From Rhynchobatus australiae (lineage: Eukaryota), in assembly GCA_034780895.1 (NCBI GenBank), contig JAUZTB010000001.1, positions 48,813,321 to 48,877,320 on the forward strand: a DNA stretch of 64,000 bases, given 5' to 3'. How positions within the stretch are numbered: the first letter of the stretch is position 1; the number at the start of each line of letters is the position of its first letter. Made by a program: the position numbers and the translations under genes. The notes beneath the pieces were generated by a model that did no database searches, was not told the DNA's origin, and worked only from the letters and a program-made list of their open reading frames with translations. Shown piece after piece: positions 51,900 to 64,000 of this stretch.

Positions 51900-52112
51900 T
51901 TTGTTTCTCTACCACAGAAAGCTGTTGACGCCAAATCATTAAATATATTCGGGGGGGGGTAGATATTGCTCTTAAGGCAAGAGGGATCAAGGGATATGGG
52001 TAGAAATCATCTGGAGCAAAGTACTAAATATATATCAACAATGATATTGAATGGTGTGGCAGACTTAAAGCACTGTATGACCCATTCATGTTCCTATTTT
52101 CTGTTTCTATGT
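51900..52112 (+). mobile_element. Degenerate CR1 3' end
   Basis: ctaccacagaaagctgttga..aatatattc..gggatcaagggatatggg. Confidence 0.6.
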
Positions 52113-52504
52113 TTTTGGATTTGCAGCATTTGTACTTTTTCAGGGGGGTTAGAGAATTAGTTTGAAGTCCAGCAAAGTAATCCACTGAAGGACACTTTGA
52201 TTATTTTTATAGATGCTAAAACAATATTGATAGAATGAATTGAGTGCAACCCCAACTGTTAAATTTTTATGCTTGCCTTGTGGAAAATAAAGCCGTGTGA
52301 TTATTGGAACAAGTGTTTACTCAGTCCACCTCATGAGACTGAAAGGTGTATTCATGGACTATATGGGTTATTATCCAATGAGTTAGGAGGCTCATTTGTT
52401 GAGTTCATTCAAAGTAGAGATGAATTGCTTTCTACATATAGGGTAGGGCAATCACAAGATTTGGAGATAGTGCGGAAATATGGAGCTATGGTTGACCAAT
52501 ATCT

Positions 52505-54002
52505 CTGTGTCCTCTCCAGCCACAGGCGAGGTCCTGGAGGACTGGCGAGTGGCTAATGTTGTTTCATTATTCAAGAAGGGAAACAGGGATAATCCTGGTA
52601 ACTATAGACTGATGATTCTCACATCAGTGGTAGGGAAGTTACTGGAGAAAATTCTTAGGGGTAGGATTTATGAGCATTTGGAAAAGCTTAGCCTAATTAA
52701 GGACAGTCAGCATGGTTTTGTGCATGGCGAGTTGTGCCTTACTAATTTGATTGAGTCTATTGACGAGGTGACAAGGGTGATTGATGAAGGTAGAGGTGGG
52801 GATGTTGTCTACATGGATTTTAGTAAGGTGTTTGACAAGGTCCCTTGTGGGAGGCTCATCCAGAAGATTAAGATGCATGGGACCCACGGTGAATTGGCCA
52901 TTTGGATTCAGAACTGACTTGCCCATAGAAGACAGAGGGTAATGAACAATGGGACTTATTCTAGCTGGAGGTCTGTGACTAGTGGTGTTCCTGAGGGATC
53001 CATACTGGGACCCCTGCTGTTTGTGATGTACTTAAATGACCTGGATGAAAATGTAGATCGGTGGGTTCATAAGTTTGCAGATGATACGAAGATTGATGGT
53101 GTTGTGGATAGCGTAGAAGACTGGCAAAGGATACAGTGGGATATAGTTCGGTTGGAGATATGGGTGAAGAAATGGCAGATGGAGTTCAACCCGGCCAAAT
53201 GTGTTGTACATTGTACCTTGGGAGTTCAAATGTAAAGAGACAGTATGCTGTTAATGGCAAGACCCTTAACAGTGTTGATGAGCAGAGGGATCTTGGGGTT
53301 CTTGAACTATGAACTTGGATCCCAAGATCCAAGTTGGGATCCAAGTTCATTGTTGATGGGGCGGTAAAGAAGGCATGTGGCATGTTTGCCTTCATCAGTC
53401 AAGGCATTGAGTTAAAGAGTCAGGAAATTACGCTGCAGCTTTATAAAATGCTATTTATAATACTCCACATCTGGAGTATAGCATTCAGTTCTGGTTGCCC
53501 CATTATAGGAAGGATATCAAGGTTTTGGAGAGGGTGCAGAAGAGGTTTACTAAGAAGCTGTCTGTATTAGAGACCATGTGCTATGAGGATAGGTTGGATA
53601 AACCTATGAGGCTGAGGGGAGATCTGATTAAGGTTTATAAGATTATGAGAGGCATTGATAGACGGCCAGTATCTTTTCCCCAGTGTTGAAACATCTAATA
53701 CCAGAGGGTATGCATTTAAGGCGATAGGGGGTAAGTTCAAAGGAGATGAGCAGGGCAAGTTTTTTTTACATAGAGAGCGATGGGTGCCTGGAATGTGCTG
53801 CCTGGAGTGGTGGTGGAGGCAAATACAATAGAGCTGTCAAGAAGCTCTTAGATAGGCGCATGAATGTGAGGGAAATGGCAGGATATGGACATTGTGTAGG
53901 CAGAAGGGATTAGTTTAGTTGGGCATTTCATTACTAATGTAATTGGTTCAGCACAACATTGTGGGATGAAGGGCCTGTTCCTGTGCTGTATTGTTCTAGG
54001 TT
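52505..54002 (+). mobile_element. 5'-truncated CR1 LINE with RT domain
   Basis: ORFs encode EDWRVANVVSLFKKG, PGNYR, SQHGF, YMDFSKVFDKVP, VTSGVPEGSILGPLLF and KFADDTKI. 3'UTR is the same subfamily as 25878-26853. Confidence 0.94.
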
Positions 54003-54310
54003 CCAATGCTGTACCGTGATATAAATGACAAATGATGGAGCAGGCTCAAAGAGTCAGAAGGTCATCTCCTGCTCCTAGTTTTGTTTCTACATGTTGACAC
54101 TGTTGCCCGTTACATAGATTAAGATATTGGATACATCGATACAGGTCATTGAGAGTCAACAGCCTTAGAAATGAGATAATGGATCCAAATTTGTAATTAG
54201 TCATGAACTGTATTACTGGTAGTAGACTCAAAAAAATTATTCCTGATTATAAGCTATGTGATTTTTCAGTTTGTATTTAAAATATTTTCATTTGTTCTTA
54301 ATATTTTCAG

Positions 54311-55280
54311 GGAAGAATTGCTTGGTTTCTGAAGAGTTTATTCTTGGCACAACAAAATTAATTTCTTCACTTGGTTTACTGGCTTCTAACCACCTGTACT
54401 GGTGGAAGTTGCCTTTCAAATGCATTCCGCTTGGATCTCCAGAGCTTCAGGAGGCACTGTTAATTCAGAGATGGGTTGCCTTTTATCTAGTGAACATTCA
54501 CAACACCTCCTCGTGAATGTACTTTGTATGTTGATTAATTGCTTCATGTAACTTAGTGTTTTCAAAGTAAATAGCACATCTACTAGTCTGACATAGTATG
54601 TAAAACTTAAATTTGTTGTACTGTTTGTTGGCGGCCTGCTGTTGGGGACTTAACACATACAAATATATTATGTGGTCAGGTTAAAACTTGAAATTCCACT
54701 TCTACTTAGTTACTTTACTTAAATTGGTTACATGTGCTGTAACACTTTCATGGATGTTTATTTAACATTTTCTTCTTGAAGCACTGACCTCTATGAGGTA
54801 CTTTCTGTGCAATAATTGTATCACATGGCAAACTTGAAAAGACTAATGAATCGTTACTACTGTTTATAATCACAACACTTAATATCTGTGAAATATTCAG
54901 TCTACTACATGTTAAGAAGAAAAAAGTCTTATGTCATTAGGTCTTTTAAAAAAAAGTGAGAATTTAAAGGATGAAAAAGCATCTATCTGAATGCCACAAA
55001 CTGGCTTAGAGGTGGTCTTACACTGTATTTTATATGTATTTAATTCAATTGATAATTTTGAATTTATTTGATAATTTTGAATAGGATGCAGTCATGGGTT
55101 GGGATTCAGAAGTACTTAAGTGCCTAAAGCTTTTCTCTAAAGTTGTACTTGATATATATATTTACTAAAATGGTTCTTCTATTATGGATTGTATGCTGAA
55201 GAAAATTGTATCATAGTTTAACTTGGGATGCATGTGGAATATATTGAAATCACTAATAAATATTTATTTTAACTATAAAA
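54311..55280 (+). other. Candidate terminal 3'-UTR exon of ITPRID2
   Basis: Pyrimidine-rich acceptor ttttcag| at 54310, then AU-rich sequence with no recognised repeats, ending near AATAAA at 55255. Confidence 0.4.
55255..55260 (+). terminator. Candidate polyadenylation signal AATAAA
   Basis: Canonical hexamer followed by GT/T-rich sequence at the end of the AU-rich block. Confidence 0.4.
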
Positions 55281-56569
55281 GGCTGTTTCTGGATGCAAGT
55301 TTTTTCTAAAATGTTTATCATTTCTAGGCACATGGTTTATGTGAACACCACATGAGCAGGGAGGGATGTCAGTGAGATATGATTCAGATGGAATGTATTC
55401 TGTTGCTATCATTGCTGTTGAGTCTTTTGTTTTCTCTAAAGACCAAACAAATGTGACCTAGTAATTGTGTATAACAAGAGATCATCATTCAATGATATTT
55501 CTGTTGTCAAGCAACCTCCACCAACATTCTGGTTGTCATTACTGAACAGAAACTCAATGAACCCAGCCGCATAGGTACAGCTGATGTGGTGCTATGCTAC
55601 AGTGAGTGACTCGCTCCTGGCTCCCCATGCCTTTCTACCAACTACAGAATATAATTTGGGACCTCGATGAATGCTCTCACTTGGATGAGGCAATCATAAT
55701 GGCATTCAAGAAATCTGCCACCACTCAGAACACGGCAGTCTTCTTTATTGGTACCTCATCTAGAAGCCCACATGCCCACTCTGCTGAATCTGTAGGGTTT
55801 TGTGCTATACAGTGGAGTATTACATAGCACACTTAGACTAAGAACATCATGGGAAACGTCCTTTTACTCTTGCAGTTGACATTCAATTGTACCCGAAGCA
55901 TGGTACATGTATCAATTGTTAACCATGTGACACAGTTTGATAAGGTAGTAGCAATCTCACTAATCTTGAAGTGCCAAATGCACTTAACATTTATATACAT
56001 GAGGCACGAACCAATATACATGTAGTACATATATAGGATGCATGGAGCAACTTGCCCCAAGGACTTGTGGACTGTACCCCTTTGAACATGCTTGCCATTT
56101 CTTCCTCTGATGTGGGCCAAATCAGAGGAAGAAATGGTGAATGTGTTCAAAGGGGAAGCACATTTAAGAGCCCATAGATTAGGTGTGACTACAAGTGTGA
56201 TAGATCAGTGTGACAATTGTCGAGATTAATTGTGCACTTTTTGTCAAAAGAGCTTGGTTTGTTGTGTGTGGATAAATGACTAAGTATGCTTAACTGTAGT
56301 GCAGTGCAGTTGAAATGAGTGGAATTGGGCAGGGGTGTGGGAGGGAAACACATTTTAACTACATCAGCCTTGTCCTCATCTGAAATCCACACCTTCCCCG
56401 TCCAGAAGGAGTCACTGGTTATACTCAGAACCACTGGCCACTCTCATCCCCCCTAACCCAGGATTGCCGAGGCAACCTATTTGATCTTTGCCCTCTTCCT
56501 TTTGTGCCTGAATGTCAACTTCTGTGTTGGAATGTTTAGATCAACGAAATGAAGAATCTGGACTAAAGG

Positions 56570-56722
56570 TGAAGTGAAGGAGGTGCTCTCCTTCCAACGA
56601 ATGTTCAAACCTAGAAACTGTTCAAAAGGATCAGCATTTTAATCTCAACAAACACTAGTCTAAAGGAAAAATCACATTAGGTTGTCTTTATCACATGGCT
56701 GTTTGTGGGAATTCGCTGTTTT
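56570..56722 (+). mobile_element. Deu-type SINE fragment
   Basis: atcacatggctgtttgtgggaattcgctgt resembles the recalled Deu-SINE 3' region. Confidence 0.4.
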
Positions 56723-59393
56723 CATTTTTATTTTATTCACCCGCATAACTATATACAGGCTCNNNNNNNNNNNNNNNNNNNNNNNNNNNNNNNNNNNNNN
56801 NNNNNNNNNNNNNNNNNNNNNNNNNATGCAGGTTCTTAAAACAAAGCTACCCATTGCTAATTTTACTGAGCCTTTGAGGAGCAGCCCATAGTACTTATAA
56901 TGTATGAAATTACTTGTTTTAATGACTTTTTAAAAATAAATCAGACATCTAAAAAAAACCATCTAGGGTTTGAATTATTTCAATTTATTTATTAAAACCA
57001 ACATGTTCTGAAAAACTCATTTTGTCCATCACTAAACTCCATGTCTACATAAATATCAACAATTTATTTCATTTTGCTCTAAGAACACTTCACGTAGCTT
57101 TCAAAATGCCCATATGTGCAACCCCATGCAAACCAATTCCATTTGTCTATGGGATGTTTTGCTCAGTGATGTGACCAAAGCTAATGAAGACTCACAACAG
57201 TAGAGATGTGAGTGAAAATGGGGCAAAAAACAAAAAGTGTTTGTAGTTACATGAATGAAAACAATTTGTTAAAGGAAAAATCTAAACTAGATTGTAATTA
57301 TTACCAATTTTGATTTACTTGTGCATTATAGAGAGTTGATATTTTAATAACTTGAAAAGATTCAACTTCGCCAAAGAAATAATACTTGAAAAAAATAACC
57401 TGTCACTTGAATCATAAATGAAAACCATACAATTCAAGTCCTCCTTATGAGATCCATTAAATTCATCCTATTTCAAATTTTAATTAAAATGTGATGTTGA
57501 ATGAAGTCATGACCTGCAACTCTACATTTTATGTCCTGAAACTGAATTCCTAATGCAAATTTGTGAAGGAACTTTCCCTCTGTTTTGGGAAAAAAAGACT
57601 TTTTACCATTTGGTGACTGATATTAGCAGTCCCAAATAATGATTTAGAAGGCATTAGAATAAAACTATTGACCATTAATGGCCTGAAGCCAGGACCATAG
57701 CTCATTCAAAGTGGGTGCAAACATTTCCTGTTTTAAAAATTCAATTTCAAGGCGTATTAACTGCAGATGAGGGACTATTATGGATAAATGATTGCCCCTT
57801 AGGTTAGAGGAATGACCTCATGTACAATGATTACTATACACAAGAGATCACTTCTCTAACCTGAGGGCCAATCCTGTGGCCCCTGGAGAAACCTTACAAC
57901 TACAGTAATCAATTGCAGTCTCTATGTGTATTCTATATGATGATGATTAATGATGAGGCTTTGGTTTAGCAGAATAGTTACTGGAAGGGGTGGAGGGTAA
58001 GTGACATAACTGACGTGTCCAATTTTTCCCTGGTAAGTAGACATGCTGTTATTGCTTTTAATCTGATTGGTTTTGTGTCAATGATGCACACTTCACTTGC
58101 AAAAGCTGGATAAAGCATGGGCATCTGTGGCTCTATACATTGCCGGCTGGTCTTGCATTAATATGGTCTGAACCATTAATAACTCTGTGACTGATGTCTG
58201 GGAAGACATTTAAAACTTAAAATGGTGGTGTGCTATCAGGCCAACATTGCTTTTGCTGTTGGTTCTGATTTCTAGGTTACAGAAGGAAGCAAATTGTAAC
58301 AGCAAGCATCTTGAGTCATTCAAGGTTGTGCCAGTACCAGAGGTGACAAAAAGAGCCAAAATGAAGGGAATGAAAGTCCCTTTCTGATCAAAAAGGCATT
58401 ACCTGGAACATTTTTTATTGATCTCCATTTGTTTGTACAGTAAATGACTCCCTGGCATCAAACTTTAAAAGCCTAACACAAATTGAAAATATGACAGAAA
58501 ACACATTAGAAAGACAAGTGGAGAGCAATGGAGAGTTTTAGATCAAATAGAAGGGACATCCAATAACAACTCAAGATCATACCATACAAACCAGCTGAAA
58601 ATAAACCGATATGGAAATGCATGGAACTGACATTCTGTGACAAAAGTCCCTGGTCTTTGTTGGCAAAATTAAAAAAAAATGCTTTCTACAGTGTCTTGAC
58701 TAATATTAATTGTTGTACTGTAATAATTCAGTCTTTCTTTGTGGGATGCTAGATCTGGAGCACATTTTTGATGAGTTTGCCAGAATTGTCACTTTTGGTT
58801 TACTGACTTCTTTAAATACACTGTTTGTTTAATTTTCCTCCTAAACTTGGCAAACCTTTTTGTAAATCCAATCTCATTCATTTTACTATTCTGGATAGCA
58901 GGATGTTCTAGTTTTAAAATAGCTTATTTATCAAAAACAAAGGCATTAATTCAGGCAGTGTGACCAATCAGCACTTATGTAAATTATAATCCACGTGAAA
59001 CCTTTGCAAGCACTTCTGTAAACTTCAGCTGTCTAACTGCATTTGCAAGATGTTTTTAAGTTAGGTAATTAGGATTTACTGATAGTTAAAAAAATTTTTT
59101 GTGATATTTGTGACATCTGTAAAAGTGTGATGTGTATGTATGATGAACCAGTACATGCATAGTATGGTTAATGAACTGAATAAATGAGATGCACATCTTC
59201 TAGCATCTCTCTTTGCCACAGAATCAAACAGAATGGAAACAGGCCACTTGACCTGTCATGTCTATACTGGCCAACTAGGCAACCTATACTAATGCTACTC
59301 ATAGGCTCCTATGCAGTGGAATTTCAAGTATTTATTTAAATTTAGAATATTGATTAAATGCACATGCATTACAAATCACTTATGAGCATTTAT

Positions 59394-59427
59394 GTCCTGA
59401 TGAAGGGTCTTTGCCTGAAATGTCGAC
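59394..59427 (+). ncRNA. Minimal type I hammerhead ribozyme motif
   Basis: gtc-CTGATGA-agg gtctttg cct-GAAA-tGTC-gac. Both conserved boxes are present, with stem I gtc/gac, stem II agg/cct and a GUC cleavage triplet. Confidence 0.65.
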
Positions 59428-59492
59428 TGTTCATTTCCCTCCATAGATGCTGCCTGACCTGCTGAGTTCCTCCAGCATTTTGTGTGTGTTGC
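59394..59492 (+). mobile_element. Solo Penelope terminal repeat
   Basis: gtcctgatgaagggtct..gaaatgtcgactgttcatttccctccatagatgctgcctgacctgctgagttcctccagcattttgtgtgtgttgc. Confidence 0.88.
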
Positions 59493-59929
59493 ATGAACTT
59501 AAAGAATGAAGCTTGTGTGAATAAAATTAAATAATGATACCAAGCAAGTAGACTTGCTTGTGAACTGTTAGCACAGATAATCACAGTGGCAGTCTGAGGC
59601 ACCAGCAGTGTTGCTGAGCATTGCAATGACTAATCTTGTGCGAGTACCAACAAGTGTGGGTTGAGGAGACAATACTTCCTGAAATTCTGTGTGGGATTAG
59701 GGAGTGGCTCAGCTTGAGAGGATCCAGGGCAAGTAACTTGGGTGAAAAATGGCCCAACTGTCATGGAGAAGTACAAACAGATATGGTGCCACCAACAGAG
59801 CAACTTCAGGAAGCTCCCAGTGGTTTTGGAAGTGATTGAGTCCTACCAGAAAAGTTGGTGTAGTTATTGAGTTAGAGTTGTGGCCAGTGAACTAAACAGA
59901 CACCGGATAAATGGGATGGCAACACTTGA

Positions 59930-60680
59930 CATCTTCTGATGTGACTTCAGTTTTGGTGGCAACACTGATGGTAAACAATAGCTGCTCAGACTTGAGCTGC
60001 CACAGTGGAAGATCTGGTGTACACAACAGGGTGCTCGAGCCCATCAGTTCATACACAGATGCATGGGAATGTTTTGTAGACTAAATAATGCAGTGGAAAT
60101 TGATGGTCATATTCTGTATCAGAGTGCAAGGGAGCCATTCTTTCAAGTGCAAAGATTTCTGAATTGTACACTCATCAGAAAATATTTTAACACCAAGGAA
60201 AGCAGAAGATAATTTGTTTAGTGAAGGAGCACAAAAGTTACGGGATCATTTCAATCCTAAGCTGTATGAAACTGTAGAGGCCAACAAATCCACAGTTAGG
60301 AAATGTGAGATTGGGAAGACTCTCGCCAGCCATTGTAACTGGTTGATGCTACATCTTTGGCATTTCATTAGATCATGTGCTGCGTGACAAGTCTGTCTCT
60401 GGTTTAATTGATGAATGATTTAATCAGTTACAAAATACACAGTATCTCATGTTTGATTTTACATTCCAAATCCCATTGTCTATATGGATGGTATTAAAGA
60501 ACGTTTAAGAATTTTGTCATATAGTAGTAGTTGAAGGCTAGAGTTCCAAAAGAGGTGGTGCATTTGGGTGAGACTGGAGTGAATNNNNNNNNNNGATGCA
60601 ATGAGATTCATATATCTTGTGTGTATTACTTTAAAAGATAAAATGTTTCAAATGTCAGGAAAAGGGCACAAATCTTCAGC
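59930..60680 (+). mobile_element. Degenerate Ty3/Gypsy gag remnant
   Basis: Remnants resembling LIRxxLTPxKxxD..LRDHFNPK, LRDKxVxG and a CFKCQEKGH zinc knuckle at about 60640-60670. Confidence 0.55.
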
Positions 60681-62144
60681 ACACACCTGAAGCCAAGGTA
60701 ATTAACTTAAGCAACTCCAGTACTGTGATTTCTTCACAAAGTGGCTGTAAGAATTGTTGATGGAGCACTGAGGAGACAGGTATTACTAGGGTGCTCAGGT
60801 TTAACAATGAGACATTGATTAGCAAACTATTTTGTTACACTACTGAACAGTGCCACATTCTACCACAAGACACTGCTGAGTTACTAATGAGTCCAAATAT
60901 GTCTGGATTAAGTTCACTAAATCTTCGGGGGGAGGGGGGACAAAAAGGAAACAGTTAAAACAGGAAAAAAATTATGGCTCAAGCTGAGGAGAGAAACAAT
61001 TCAAACATCGTAATAGAGTTTGTGTTTCCTGCATTGAGCAACCCTGACACTCAGAAATGGGATGTAGACTGTGTTACAAATTGATAGTTTGTATAAACAG
61101 GAGCTTGAATTGGAAGTATCCATGTGAGTTGTTTAATTCGTGCAGNNNNNNNNNNNNNNNNNNNNNNNNNNNNNNNNNNNNNNNNNNNNNNNNNNNNNNN
61201 NNNNNTGGTGGTGGCAATGGGAGGAAATACACAATTCGGTTAAGAAGTGACAACTTTCTTAAGCCAAGAAGAAGATACAATGCCAAAGACACATGTCCTT
61301 TGAGAAGAACAAAGTGACTCAGAAAATCTGTGAACAGGCTAAACCCTATATCCCTTTCCTGACGTAGTTATTTTCTTCTAAGAAGGTGGAACAATCAATA
61401 TAGTACATTTTTCTTCAGTCACCCATGACACAACTTACAGCTGCTTGCACACTCCACAAACTTTTACTCAGTCGCCTTGCATGGTAGTTCTGGGCTGATT
61501 ATTACTAATGTAGCCTTCCATGGTGGCAAGGCTTTGCGTGTACAAATAAGATCATGTGGAGGGGTAAAACAAGTCCTAGTCTTGAAAAAATTGAAAGCTG
61601 CTCCCCATTAAATGTCTCTCAAATATGTATCTGATATACATAAATATTTATAAATATTCAAAAACAATAAAAAATAAAGCAATTCATAATTTTTAAAAAT
61701 AAAAAATGTTAAAAAATCCAGAGGTAAGATTGATCCATAAACAAGCAGACTTTTTGAAAAATTCTCAAAACATTTTGCAGATAGGCTGTGAGTCACTTCA
61801 ACGTGCTACAATTTTAGATTTTGGAAACAGGGAAGATTCAAAGTTTTCAGGTGATTCTAGATATTGTTACAGAACTCTAGAGAAATGAGAAGAACATGCT
61901 TTGTGCTGGGCAGAGCAGACAACCCACAGCCAAGCATTTCGGTGCAGGGAGTTGCAAAAAATGTTTATATGATGAGGTAAGATCATATAAAACAGGATAG
62001 TTAAGGTTTAATAATACCTCATGCTTTCAACATATTTTAGATGATTTATTTAATATTGGTTTGATTAAATAAATGGCTGATTTGTAAGATAAGCAGATTT
62101 TGTGCATGCAGATCTCCTGGACACCGATTCATTAAAAGAGAACT

Positions 62145-62468
62145 TTATTGGTATTGGTTTATTATTGTCACTTGTACCGAGGTACAGTGAAAAACTTGTC
62201 TTGCCTACTGTTCATACAGATCAATTCATTACACAGTGCATTGAGGCAGTACAGGGTAAAATCAACAACAGAATGCAGAGTAAAATGTCACAGCTACAGG
62301 GAACTGCATTGCAGGTAGACAATAAGGCGCAAGGTCATAACAAGGTAGACTCTGAGGTCAAGAGTCCATCTCATCATATAACTGTCCGATAGTCTTATCA
62401 CTGTGGGATAGAAGCTGTCCTTGAGCCTGGTGGTATGTGCCCTCAGGCTCCTGTATTTTCTGCCTGAA
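62145..62468 (-). mobile_element. Rex1/Babar-like LINE 3' end
   Basis: Reverse translation gives SGRKYRSLRAHTTRLKDSFYPTVIRL. The 3'UTR ends in aataaaccaataccaat. Confidence 0.8.
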
Positions 62469-63159
62469 CTTGAATTCTTTTTTAATAAATGATCAGGTGA
62501 GAGTCAGAAAACAAAGAGATAAAAGTCTTGTTTTATAGAAAGCAAATGATTCCCGTGGAGCAGCAAAAACATCAAGACACACTGAAATGATCTATAAATA
62601 CATAATTCTTGTCAGCAAATGAGACAGGATATCACCTCATCATTTCTAAAAAAAATCCAAATCAGTCGTTTCCAAATGCTTGATCTTAAGTTGCATGAGG
62701 GGAAATATGCCGCCTTATGGTCAACCTGCAGATTAAGGTATTAAACCATATAGCAAAAACACATTCAGACAAAACAAGAATGTTCCTGTTATTCAAGCAA
62801 AAATTAAGAAAACTACGTGGAACATCACACCATAAAAATGTGAGAACAAAATATGTTATTGAAAAGGTCAAGAAGTTAAGATCACAATGAAAGAAAAGTT
62901 CATTTGAAGATATTCATGGGAGGTCAATATATTGTTTGCAAAAAGCTACGTACAANNNNNNNNNGTACAAAGTTGGAGGTACACTCAGCTTGGCAGAGCT
63001 ACGTGATGGGAGAAGTGTAATGTGATGCGATGAATATAAAACCAAAACTGGAAGTGTGGATTTCAAAATCTTGAACAGTGATACAGACAGCCTTTGATCC
63101 GTGATGGTATCACTGGTTAGGACATATCAAGGGAATTGATGTAGACTGTAATAATATTA

Positions 63160-63595
63160 ATAACAGGAGCAAGCTTAACCCAATCAGGCCTGCTCCACCA
63201 AGCAATAAGATCATGGCTGAACTGATCTTGGCATCTGCACCTTTCTCCTCTCTCCCCAGACCCTTCAACTCTTTTGTAGTTGAAATATCTGTCAATCTAT
63301 TCAATGACTCCACTTCCACAGTTCTTTGGGGAAGAGAATTCAACAGAATCAGGACCCTCTGAGAGAAAAAATTCCTCCTTATCCCCATCTTCAATGGGCA
63401 ACACCTTTTTCTTAAACTATTCCCATATTCAAAAGCTATTCCAGGTATCCCCACTTGTATAATTCTGAGCATACTTAAAATTTTGGATGTGGCAATAAAG
63501 AACACGAGGGGAAAGGTCCAGCATCCATGTTGTCAATACCTTTCAAAATCTAATGTTTCAATTAAATTTATCTCTCATTCTTCCAAATAAATAGG
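63160..63595 (-). mobile_element. CR1 3' fragment
   Basis: ORF 63110-63505 encodes IRRNFFSQRVLILLNSLPQRTVEVESL, followed by a CR1 3'UTR. Confidence 0.8.
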
Positions 63596-64000
63596 AACCA
63601 GGAAGTATGCACTTGGACTTGAAGACTTGGGATGCACGTCAAGAAAGAAGAGAGTAGGACTAAAGGTAAATGCTCAACCAGTCATACTTCCAATGAGGTT
63701 GACACCAGTCACCAACCTTGTGACCAGGTTTGTTATAAAACAAAATGTCAAAGAACTGAGCCAGCTGGTTAACAGTTTGTGAGAGGACCCAATACAGAAA
63801 AAGTGAATTAGGAGGATATGTTTTGAGGATAAAATTGAATAAAACCATTGGAAGGTAATACCTTTAATAAGTGATGAGATTTTTTTGCTCCTTTTGGATA
63901 TTCCAGAATGCTCTATAGATTGACATATTTCCCACAGTGTGATACCACAGATCCTCATTGTGGGAGAGAATGCATAAAGACACCAGTAAATGTTGACTAC

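Noticed and set aside
52480-53689. Active reverse transcriptase gene
   Set aside because: It is 5'-truncated and carries stops, frameshifts and an internal rearrangement.
55300-64000. A second protein-coding gene downstream
   Set aside because: No recognisable exon peptides were found; the ORFs are short or derived from repeats.

Overview
This is vertebrate genomic DNA from a gappy draft assembly. The repeat landscape (CR1 LINEs, an HE1-like V-SINE, Deu-type SINEs, Penelope tails) points to a cartilaginous fish, most likely a ray or shark; this is inference. The window holds most of one + strand gene, ITPRID2 (SSFA2/KRAP, an IP3-receptor-interacting protein). Thirteen coding exons from 10738 to 49814 splice into one continuous frame of 3491 nt (about 1160 aa), including the KRAP IP3R-binding domain and the C-terminal coiled-coil SSFA2 domain. 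The N-terminal exons were not found and lie upstream or in gaps. One intron needs a non-canonical GC donor (15080), and a 3'-UTR intron just after the stop codon is likely. Introns and flanks are full of decayed, often nested retroelements: CR1, RTE, L2, Rex1-like, a Gypsy gag remnant, SINEs and Penelope-like elements (PLEs). The most notable signal is a dispersed family of PLE terminal repeats carrying minimal hammerhead-ribozyme motifs (CTGANGA...GAAA..TH). Two of these are short fold-back insertions bounded by target-site duplications (TSDs), with a ribozyme motif on each strand, and one copy at 59394-59427 keeps an intact catalytic core. No rRNA, tRNA genes or CRISPR arrays were seen.
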